Assembly (NCBI GenBank): GCA_964016885.1 | Contig: OZ024756.1 | Location: 2,480,001-2,544,000 of the forward strand | Direction of reading: 5' to 3' | Origin: Eledone cirrhosa | Taxonomy: Eukaryota | Length of the DNA: 64,000 nucleotides | Shown: piece after piece, positions 52,801 to 64,000 of the stretch | Numbering within the stretch: the stretch's first letter is position 1 | How the letters are laid out: the number at the start of each line of letters is the position of its first letter | The notes under the pieces: model-generated | What the model was told of the DNA's origin: nothing | Seen by the model: the letters and a program-made list of their open reading frames with translations, nothing else | Database searches by the model: none | Translations under genes and position numbers: made by a program

Positions 52801-55800
52801 CTACTGCAGTGTATGTCATGTCAGTGCCACTACTACTGCAGTGTATGTCAAGTCAGTGTCACTACAACTGCAGTGCATGTCAAGTCAGTGTCACTACTAC
52901 TGCAATGTATGTCAAGTCAGTGCCACTACTACTGCAGTGTATGTCAAGTCAGTGTCACTACTACTGAAGTGTATGTCAAGTCAGTGTCACTACTACTGCA
53001 GTGTATGTCAAGTCAGTGTCACTACTACTGCAGTGTATGTCAAGTCAGTGTCACTACTACTGCAGTGTATGTCAAGTCAGTGTCACTACTACTGCAGTGT
53101 ATGACAAGTCAGTACCACTACTACTGAAGTGTATTTTTAAGTCGGTGTCACTACTACTGCAGTGTATGTCAAGTCTGTGTCACTACTATTGCAGTGTATG
53201 TCTAGTCAGTACCACTACTACTGAATTGTATGTCAAGTCGGTATCACTACTACTGCAGTCCATGTCAAGTCGGTGTCACTACTACTGCAGTGTATGTCAA
53301 GTCAGTGTCACTACTACTGCAGTGTATGTCAAGTCAGCGTCACTACTACTGAAGTGTATGTCAAGTCAGTAACACTACTACTGCAGTGTATGTCAAGTCA
53401 GTGTCACTACTACTGCAGTCCATGTCAAGTCTGTGTCACTACTATTGCAGTGTATGTCTAGTCAGTACCACTACTACTGAATTGTATGTCAAGTCGGTGT
53501 CACTACTACTGCAGTCCATGTCAAGTCGATGTCACTACTACTGCAGTGTATGTCAAGTCAGTGCCACTACTACTGCAGTGTATGTCAAGTCAGTGTCACT
53601 ACTACTGAAGTGTATGTCAAGTCAGCGTCACTACTACTGAAGTGTATGTCAAGTCAGTAACACTACTACTGCAGTGTATGTCAAGTCAGTGTCACTACTA
53701 CTGCAGTGTATGTCAAGTCAGTGCCACTACTACTGCAGTGTATGTCAAGTCAGTGTCACTACTACTGCACTGTATGTCAAGTCAGTGTCACTACTACTGC
53801 AGTACATGTCAAGTCAGTGTCACTACTACTGCAGTGTATGTCAAGTCAGTACCACTACTACTGCTGTGTATGTCAAGTCAGTGTCACTACTACTGCAGTG
53901 TATGTCAAGTCAGTGTCACTACTACTGCACTGTATGTCAAGTCAGTGTCACTACTACTGCAGTGTATGTCAAGTCAGTGTCACTACTACTGCACAGTATG
54001 TCAAGTCAGTGTCACTACTACTGCACTGTATGTCAAGTCAGTGTCACTACTACTGCAGTGTATGTCAAGTCAGTGTCACTACTACTGCAGTGTATGTCAA
54101 GTCAGTGTCACTACTACTGCAGTGTATGTCAAGTCAGTGTCACTACTACTGCACTGTATGTCAAGTCAGTGTCACTACTACTGCACTGTATGTCAAGTCA
54201 GTATCACTACTACTGCAGTGTATGTCAAGTCAGTGCCTCTACTACTGCAGTGTATGTCAAGTCAGTGTCACTACTACTGCACTGTATGTCAAGTCAGTGT
54301 CACTACTACTGCAGTGCATGTCAAGTCAGTCTCACTACTACTGCAGTGTATGTCAAGTCAGTGTCACTACTACTGCAGTACATGTCAAGTCAGTGTCACT
54401 ACTACTGAAGTGCATGTCAAGTCAGTGTCACTACTACTGCAGTGCATGTCAAGTCAGTGCCACTACTACTGCAGTGCATGTCAAGTCAGTGCCTCTACTA
54501 CTGCAGTGCATGTCAAGTCAGTGCCACTACTACTGCAGTGCATGTCAAGTCAGTGTCACTACTACTGCAGTGTATGTCAAGTCCTTGTCACTACTACTGC
54601 AGTGCATGTCAAGTCAGTGTCACTACTACTGCAGTGTATGTCAAGTCAGTGCCACTACTACTGCAGTGTATGTCAAGTCAGTGTCACTACTACTGCATTG
54701 TATGTCAAGTCAGTGGCACTACTACTGCAGTGTATGTCAAGTCAGTGTCACTACAACTGCAGTGCATGTCAAGTCAGTGTCACTACTACTGCAGTGTATG
54801 TCAAGTCAGTGTCACTACTACTGCAGTGTATGTGAAGTCAGTGTCACTACTACTGCAGTGTATGTCAAGTCAGTGTCACTACAACTGCAGAGCACGTCAA
54901 GTCAGTGTTACTGCTACTGCAGTGTATGTCAAGTCAGTGCCACTACTACTGCAGTGTATGTCAAGTCAGTACCACTACTACTGCAGTGTATTCAAATCAG
55001 TGTCACTGCTACTGCAGTGTATGTCAAGTCAGTGTCACTACTACTGCAGTGTATGTCAAGTCAGTGTCACTACTACTGCAGTGTATGTCAAGTCAGTGTC
55101 ATTACTACTGCAGTGTATGTCAAGTCAGTGTCACTACTACTGCAGTGTATGTCAAGTCAGTACCACTACTACTGAAGTGTATTTTTAAGTCGGTGTCACT
55201 ACTACTGCAGTCCATGTCAAGTCGGTGTCACTACTACTGCAGTGTATGTCAAGTCGGTGTCACTACTACTGCAGTCCATGTCAAGTCGGTGTCACTACTA
55301 CTGCAGTGTATGTAAAGTCAGTGTCACTACTACTGCAGTGAATGTCAAGTCAGTGTCAATACTACTGCAGTGTATGTCAAGTCAGTACCACTACTACTGA
55401 AGCCTATGTCAAGTCGGTGTCACTACTACTGTAGTCCATGTCAAGTCGGTGTCACTACTACTGCAGTGTATGTCAAGTCAGTGCCACTACTACTGCAGTG
55501 TATGTCAAGTCAGTGTCACTACTACTGCAGTGTATGTCAAGTCAGTGTCACTACTACTGCAGTGTATGTCAAGTCAGTATCACTACTACTGCAGTGCATG
55601 TCAAGTCGGTGTCACTACTACTGCAGTCCATGTCAAGTCGGTGACACTACTACTGCAGTGTATGTCAAGTCGGTGTCACTACTACTGCAGTCCATGTCAA
55701 GTCGGTGTCACTACTACTGCAGTGTATGTCAAGTCACTGTCATACTACTGCAGTGTATGTCAAGTCAGTACCACTACTACTGAAGTGTATGTCAAGTCAG

Positions 55801-58800
55801 TGTCACTACTACTGCAGTCCATGTCAAGTCGGTGTCACTACTACTGCAGTGTATGTCAATTCAGTGTCACTACTACTGCAGTGTATGTCAAGTCAGTGTG
55901 ACTACTACTGAAGTGTATGTCAAGTCAGTGTCACTACTACTGCAGTTTATGTCAAGTCAGTGTCACTACTACTGCAGTGTAGGTCAAGACAGTGTCACTA
56001 CTACTGCAGTGTATGTCAAGTCAGTGTGACTACTACTGAAGTGTATGTCAATTCAGTGTCACTACTACTGCAGTGTATGTCAAGTCAGTGCCACTACTAC
56101 TGCAGTGTATGTCAAGTCAGTGTCACTACTACTGCACTGTATGTCAAGTCAGTGTCACTACTACTGCAGTGTATTTCAAGTCAGTGTGACTACTACTGAA
56201 GTGTATGTCAAGTCAGTGTCACTACTACTGTAGTGTATGTCAAGTCAGTTCCACTACTACTGCAGTACATGTCAAGACAGTGTTACTACTACTGAAGTGT
56301 ATGTCAAGTCAGTGTCACTACTACTGCAGTGCATGTCAAGTCAGTGCCACTACTACTGCAGCGTATGTCAAGTCAGTGTCACTACTACTGCAGTTATATG
56401 TCAAGTCAGTGTCACTACTACTGCAGTGTATGTCAAGTCAGTGTCACTACTACTGCAGTGTATGTCAAGTCAGTGTCACTACTACTGCAGTGCATATCAA
56501 TCAGTGCCACTACTACTGCAGTACATGTCAAGTCAGTGTCACTACTACTGAAGTATATGTCAAGTCAGTGCCACTACTACTGCAGTGCATGTCAAATCAG
56601 TGCCACTACTACTGCAGTGTATGTCAAGTCAGTGTCACTACTACTGCAGTGTATGTCAAGTCAGTGCCACTACTACTGCAGTGTATGTCAAGTCAGTGTC
56701 ACTACAACTGCAGTGCATGTCAAGTCAGTGTCACTACTACTGCAATGTATGTCAAGTCAGTGTCACTACTACTGCAGTGTATGTCAAGTCAGTGTCACTA
56801 CTACTGCAGTGTATGTCAAGTCAGTGTCACTACAACTGCAGAGCATGTCAAGTCAGTGTCACTACAACTGCAGTGCATGTCAAGTCAGTGTCACTACTAC
56901 TGCAATGTATGTCAAGTCAGTGTCACTACTACTGCAGTGTATGTCAAGTCAGTGCCACTACTACTGCAGTGTATGTCAAGTCAGTGTCACTACAACTGCA
57001 GTGCATGTCAAGTCAGTGTCACTACTACTGCAATGTATGTCAAGTCAGTGCCACTACTACTGCAGTGTATGTCAAGTCAGTGTCACTACTACTGAAGTGT
57101 ATGTCAAGTCAGTGTCACTACTACTGCAGTGTATGTCAAGTCAGTGTCACTACTACTGCAGTGTATGTCAAGTCAGTGTCACTACTACTGCAGTGTATGT
57201 CAAGTCAGTGTCACTACTACTGCAGTGTATGACAAGTCAGTACCACTACTACTGAAGTGTATTTTTAAGTCGGTGTCACTACTACTGCAGTGTATGTCAA
57301 GTCTGTGTCACTACTATTGCAGTGTATGTCTAGTCAGTACCACTACTACTGAATTGTATGTCAAGTCGGTATCACTACTACTGCAGTCCATGTCAAGTCG
57401 GTGTCACTACTACTGCAGTGTATGTCAAGTCAGTGTCACTACTACTGCAGTGTATGTCAAGTCAGCGTCACTACTACTGAAGTGTATGTCAAGTCAGTAA
57501 CACTACTACTGCAGTGTATGTCAAGTCAGTGTCACTACTACTGCAGTGTATGTCAAGTCAGCGTCACTACTACTGAAGTGTATGTCAAGTCAGTAACACT
57601 ACTACTGCAGTGTATGTCAAGTCAGTGTCACTACTACTGCAGTGCATGTCAAGTCGGTGTCACTACTACTGTAGTACATGTCAAGTCAGCGTCACTACTA
57701 CTGAAGTGTATGTCAAGTCAGTGTCACTACTACTGAAGTGTATGTCAAGTCAGCGTCACTACTACTGAAGTGTATGTCAAGTCAGTAACACTACTACTGC
57801 AGTGTATGTCAAGTCAGTGTCACTACTACTGCAGTCCATGTCAAGTCGGTGTCACCCACTACTGCAATGTATGTCAAGTCAGTGTCACTACTACTGCAGT
57901 GTATGTCAAGTCAGTGTCACTACTACTGCAGTGTATGTCAAGTCAGTGTCACTACAACTGCAGAGCATGTCAAGTCAGTGTCACTACTACTGCAGTGTAT
58001 GTCAAGTCAGTGTCACTACTACTGCAGTGTATGTCAAGTCAGTGTCACTACTACTGCAGTGTATGTCAAGTCAGTACCACTACTACTGCAGTGTATGTCA
58101 AGTCACTGTCACTACTACTGCAGTGTATGTCAAGTCAGTGCCACTTCTACTGCAGTGTATGTCAAGTCAGTGTCACTACTACTGAAGTGTATGTCAAGTC
58201 AGTGTCACTACTACTGCAGTGTATGTCAAGTCAGTGTCACTACTACTGCAGTGTATGTCAAGTCAGTTTCACTACTACTGCAGTGTATGTCAAGTCAGTG
58301 TCACTACTACTGCAGTGTATGTCTAGTCAGTACCACTACTACCGAATTGTATGTCAAGTCGGTGTCACTACTACTGCAGTCCATGTCAAGTCTGTGTCAC
58401 TACTATTGCAGTGTATGTCTAGTCAGTACCACTACTACTGAATTGTATGTCAAGTCGGTGTCACTACTACTGCAGTCCATGTCAAGTCGGTGTCACTACT
58501 ACTGCAGTGTATGTCAAGTCAGTGCCACTACTACTGCAGTGTATGTCAAGTCAGTGTCACTACTACTGAAGTGTATGTCAAGTCAGCGTCACTACTACTG
58601 AAGTGTATGTCAAGTCAGTAACACTACTACTGCAGTGTATGTCAAGTCAGTAACACTACTACTGCAGTGTATGTCAAGTCAGTGTCACTACTACTGCAGT
58701 GCATGTCAAGTCGGTGTCACTACTACTGCAGTTATATGTCAAGTCAGTGTCACTACTACTGCAGTGTATGTCAAGTCAGTGTCACTACTACTGCAGTGTA

Positions 58801-61800
58801 TGTCAAGTCAGTGTCACTACTACTGCAGTGCATATCAATCAGTGCCACTACTACTGCAGTACATGTCAAGTCAGTGTCACTACTACTGAAGTATATGTCA
58901 AGTCAGTGCCACTACTACTGCAGTGCATGTCAAATCAGTGCCACTACTACTGCAGTGTATGTCAAGTCAGTGTCACTACTACTGCAGTGTATGTCAAGTC
59001 AGTGCCACTACTACTGCAGTGTATGTCAAGTCAGTGTCACTACAACTGCAGTGCATGTCAAGTCAGTGTCACTACTACTGCAATGTATGTCAAGTCAGTG
59101 TCACTACTACTGCAGTGTATGTCAAGTCAGTGTCACTACTACTGCAGTGTATGTCAAGTCAGTGTCACTACAACTGCAGAGCATGTCAAGTCAGTGTCAC
59201 TACAACTGCAGTGCATGTCAAGTCAGTGTCACTACTACTGCAATGTATGTCAAGTCAGTGTCACTACTACTGCAGTGTATGTCAAGTCAGTGCCACTACT
59301 ACTGCAGTGTATGTCAAGTCAGTGTCACTACAACTGCAGTGCATGTCAAGTCAGTGTCACTACTACTGCAATGTATGTCAAGTCAGTGCCACTACTACTG
59401 CAGTGTATGTCAAGTCAGTGTCACTACTACTGAAGTGTATGTCAAGTCAGTGTCACTACTACTGCAGTGTATGTCAAGTCAGTGTCACTACTACTGCAGT
59501 GTATGTCAAGTCAGTGTCACTACTACTGCAGTGTATGTCAAGTCAGTGTCACTACTACTGCAGTGTATGACAAGTCAGTACCACTACTACTGAAGTGTAT
59601 TTTTAAGTCGGTGTCACTACTACTGCAGTGTATGTCAAGTCTGTGTCACTACTATTGCAGTGTATGTCTAGTCAGTACCACTACTACTGAATTGTATGTC
59701 AAGTCGGTATCACTACTACTGCAGTCCATGTCAAGTTGGTGTCACTACTACTGCAGTGTATGTCAAGTCAGTGTCACTACTACTGCAGTGTATGTCAAGT
59801 CAGCGTCACTACTACTGAAGTGTATGTCAAGTCAGTAACACTACTACTGCAGTGTATGTCAAGTCAGTGTCACTACTACTGCAGTGTATGTCAAGTCAGT
59901 ACCACTACTACTGAAGTGTATTTTTAAGTCGGTGTCACTACTACTGCAGTGTATGTCAAGTCTGTGTCACTACTATTGCAGTGTATGTCTAGTCAGTACC
60001 ACTACTACTGAATTGTATGTCAAGTCGGTATCACTACTACTGCAGTCCATGTCAAGTCGGTGTCACTACTACTGCAGTGTATGTCAAGTCAGCGTCACTA
60101 CTACTGAAGTGTATGTCAAGTCAGTAACACTACTACTGCAGTGTATGTCAAGTCAGTGTCACTACTACTGCAGTGCATGTCAAGTCGGTGTCACTACTAC
60201 TGCAGTACATGTCAAGTCAGCGTCACTACTACTGAAGTGTATGTCAAGTCAGTGTCACTACTACTGCAGTATATGTCAAGTCAGTGTCACTACTACTGCA
60301 GTGTATGTCAAGTCAGTGTCACTACTACTGCAGTGTATGTCAAGTCAGTGCCACTACTACTGCAGTGTATGTCAAGTCAATGTCACTACAACTGCAGTGC
60401 ATGTCAAGTCAGCGTCACTACTACTGAAGTGTATGTCAAGTCGGTATCACTACTACTGCAGTCCATGTCAAGTCGGTGTCACTACTACTGCAGTGTATGT
60501 CAAGTCAGTGACACTACTACTGCAGTGTATGTCAAGTCAGTGTCACTACTACTGCAGTGTATGTCAAGTCAGTGTCACTACTACTGAAGTGTATGTCAAG
60601 TCAGTGTCACTACTACTGCAGTGTGTGTCAAGTCAGTGTCACTACTACTGCAGTGTATGTCAAGTCAGTGCCACTACTACTGCAGTGTATGTCAAGTCAA
60701 TGTCACTACAACTGCAGTGCATGTCAAGTCAGTGTCACTACTACTGCAGTGTATGTCAAGTCAGTGTCACTACTACTGCAGTGTATGTCAAGTCAGTGCC
60801 ACTACTACTGCAGTGTATGTCAAGTCAATGTCACTACAACTGCAGTGTATGTCAAGTCTGTGTCACTACTATTGCAGTGTATGTCTAGTCAGTACCACTA
60901 CTACTGAATTGTATGTCAAGTCGGTATCACTACTACTGCAGTCCATGTCAAGTCGGTGTCACTACTACTGCAGTGTATGTCAAGTCAGTGCCACTACTAC
61001 TGCAGTGTATGTCAAGTCAGTGTCACTACTACTGAAGTGTATGTCAAGTCAGCGTCACTACTACTGAAGTGTATGTCAAGTCAGTAACACTACTACTGCA
61101 GTGCATGTCAAGTCGGTGTCACTACTACTGCAGTACATGTCAAGTCTGTGTCACTACTACTGAAGTGTATGTCAAGTCAGTGTCACTACTACTGAAGTGT
61201 ATGTCAAGTCAGCGTCACTACTACTGAAGTGTATGTCAAGTCAGTAACACTACTACTGCAGTGTATGTCAAGTCAGTGTCACTACTACTGCAGTCCATGT
61301 CAAGTCGGTAACACTACTACTGCAGTGTATGTCAAGTCGGTGTCACTACTACTGCAGTCCATGTCAAGTCGGTGTCACTACTACTGCAGTGTATGTCAAG
61401 TCACTGTCACTACTACTGCAGTGCATGTCAAGTCACTGTCACTACTACTGAAGTGCATGTCAAGTCGGTGTCACTACTACTGCAGTCCATGTCAAGTCGG
61501 TGTCACTACTACTGCAGTGTATGTCAAGTCAGTGTCACTACTACTGCAGCCATGTCAAGTCGGTGTCACTACTACTGCAGTGTATGTCAAGTCAGTGTCA
61601 CTACTACTGCAGTCCATGTCAAGTCGGTGTCACTACTACTGCAGTGTATGTCAAGTCAGTGTCACTACTACTGCAGTCCATGTCAAGTCGGTGTCACTAC
61701 TACTGCAGTGTATGTCAAGTCAGTGTCACTACTACTGCAGTGTATGTCAAGTCGGTGTCACTACTACTGCAATGTATGTCAAGTCAGTGTCACTACTACT

Positions 61801-64000
61801 GCAGTGTATGTCAAGTCAGTGTCACTACTACTGCAGTGTATGTCAAGTCAGTGTCACTACAACTGCAGAGCATGTCAAGTCAGTGTCACTACTACTGCAG
61901 TGTATGTCAAGTCGGTGTCACTACTACTGCAGTCCATGTCAAGTCTGTGTCACTACTATTGCAGTGTATGTCTAGTCAGTACCACTACTACTGAATTGTA
62001 TGTCAAGTCGGTGTCACTACTACTGCAGTCCATGTCAAGTCGATGTCACTACTACTGCAGTGTATGTCAAGTCAGTGCCACTACTACTGCAGTGTATGTC
62101 AAGTCAGTGTCACTACTACTGAAGTGTATGTCAAGTCAGCGTCACTACTACTGAAGTGTATGTCAAGTCAGTAACACTACTACTGCAGTGTATGTCAAGT
62201 CAGTGTCACTACTACTGCAGTGTATGTCAAGTCAGTGCCACTACTACTGCAGTGTATGTCAAGTCAGTGTCACTACTACTGCACTGTATGTCAAGTCAGT
62301 GTCACTACTACTGCAGTACATGTCAAGTCAGTGTCACTACTACTGCAGTGTATGTCAAGTCAGTACCACTACTACTGCTGTGTATGTCAAGTCAGTGTCA
62401 CTACTACTGCAGTGTATGTCAAGTCAGTGTCACTACTACTGCACTGTATGTCAAGTCAGTGTCACTACTACTGCAGTGTATGTCAAGTCAGTGTCACTAC
62501 TACTGCACAGTATGTCAAGTCAGTGTCACTACTACTGCACTGTATGCCAAGTCAGTGTCACTACTACTGCAGTGTATGTCAAGTCAGTGTCACTACTACT
62601 GCAGTGTATGTCAAGTCAGTGTCACTACTACTGCAGTGTATGTCAAGTCAGTGTCACTACTACTGCACTGTATGTCAAGTCAGTGTCACTACTACTGCAC
62701 TGTATGTCAAGTCAGTATCACTACTACTGCAGTGTATGTCAAGTCAGTGCCTCTACTACTGCAGTGTATGTCAAGTCAGTGTCACTACTACTGCACTGTA
62801 TGTCAAGTCAGTGTCACTACTACTGCAGTGCATGTCAAGTCAGTCTCACTACTACTGCAGTGTATGTCAAGTCAGTGTCACTACTACTGCAGTACATGTC
62901 AAGTCAGTGTCACTACTACTGAAGTGCATGTCAAGTCAGTGTCACTACTACTGCAGTGCATGTCAAGTCAGTGCCACTACTACTGCAGTGCATGTCAAGT
63001 CAGTGCCTCTACTACTGCAGTGCATGTCAAGTCAGTGCCACTACTACTGCAGTGCATGTCAAGTCAGTGTCACTACTACTGCAGTGTATGTCAAGTCCTT
63101 GTCACTACTACTGCAGTGCATGTCAAGTCAGTGTCACTACTACTGCAGTGTATGTCAAGTCAGTGCCACTACTACTGCAGTGTATGTCAAGTCAGTGTCA
63201 CTACTACTGCATTGTATGTCAAGTCAGTGGCACTACTACTGCAGTGTATGTCAAGTCAGTGTCACTACAACTGCAGTGCATGTCAAGTCAGTGTCACTAC
63301 TACTGCAGTGTATGTCAAGTCAGTGTCACTACTACTGCAGTGTATGTGAAGTCAGTGTCACTACTACTGCAGTGTATGTCAAGTCAGTGTCACTACAACT
63401 GCAGAGCACGTCAAGTCAGTGTTACTGCTACTGCAGTGTATGTCAAGTCAGTGCCACTACTACTGCAGTGTATGTCAAGTCAGTACCACTACTACTGCAG
63501 TGTATTCAAATCAGTGTCACTGCTACTGCAGTGTATGTCAAGTCAGTGTCACTACTACTGCAGTGTATGTCAAGTCAGTGTCACTACTACTGCAGTGTAT
63601 GTCAAGTCAGTGTCATTACTACTGCAGTGTATGTCAAGTCAGTGTCACTACTACTGCAGTGTATGTCAAGTCAGTACCACTACTACTGAAGTGTATTTTT
63701 AAGTCGGTGTCACTACTACTGCAGTCCATGTCAAGTCGGTGTCACTACTACTGCAGTGTATGTCAAGTCGGTGTCACTACTACTGCAGTCCATGTCAAGT
63801 CGGTGTCACTACTACTGCAGTGTATGTAAAGTCAGTGTCACTACTACTGCAGTGAATGTCAAGTCAGTGTCAATACTACTGCAGTGTATGTCAAGTCAGT
63901 ACCACTACTACTGAAGCCTATGTCAAGTCGGTGTCACTACTACTGTAGTCCATGTCAAGTCGGTGTCACTACTACTGCAGTGTATGTCAAGTCAGTGCCA
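4897..64000 (+). repeat. 32-bp satellite DNA array (consensus GTGTATGTCAAGTCAGTGTCACTACTACTGCA), ~59.1 kb, ~1,850 monomers, continues past window end
   Basis: Continuous head-to-tail monomers, typically 0-3 substitutions each, with rare 27/29/31/33-bp indel variants. No inversions or foreign insertions seen; ORF offsets are multiples of 32. Confidence 0.99.

Noticed and set aside
4902-63829. Hundreds of + strand Cys-rich ORFs (keratin-associated, zinc-finger or metallothionein look-alikes)
   Set aside because: Same peptide in all three overlapping frames, produced by a 32-bp stop-free monomer; stops and frameshifting indels are scattered with no frame preservation.
4897-64000. CRISPR array (32-bp repeat length)
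   Set aside because: Monomers are contiguous with no unique spacers, no cas genes, eukaryotic context.
4897-64000. Telomeric repeat or ribozyme-containing satellite
   Set aside because: No TTAGGG-type motif and no GAAA/hammerhead core in the monomer on either strand.

Overview
Eukaryotic, repeat-only window with no credible protein-coding gene. The SINE family present suggests a mollusc, probably a cephalopod (inference). Positions ~4897-64000 (~92%) are one uninterrupted head-to-tail satellite array of a 32-bp monomer (consensus GTGTATGTCAAGTCAGTGTCACTACTACTGCA, ~1,850 copies) with nested kb-scale duplications. All + strand Cys-rich ORFs there are artefacts of a stop-free monomer. The 4.9-kb left flank is a dense transposon nest. 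(i) A ~500-bp near-perfect inverted repeat (462-961 / 1354-1856), each arm carrying a complete type I hammerhead-ribozyme fold with a non-canonical U3-A8 core, flanked by (TA)n tracts and mirror-image copies of a 78-bp unit; this looks like a Penelope-like pLTR / retrozyme-type element and is the most interesting feature. (ii) Four minus-strand tRNA-derived, Meta-domain-like SINE copies plus a degraded fifth. (iii) A decayed R4/Dong-like retrotransposon 3' end. (iv) A hAT/Charlie-like MITE ~120 bp before the satellite edge.
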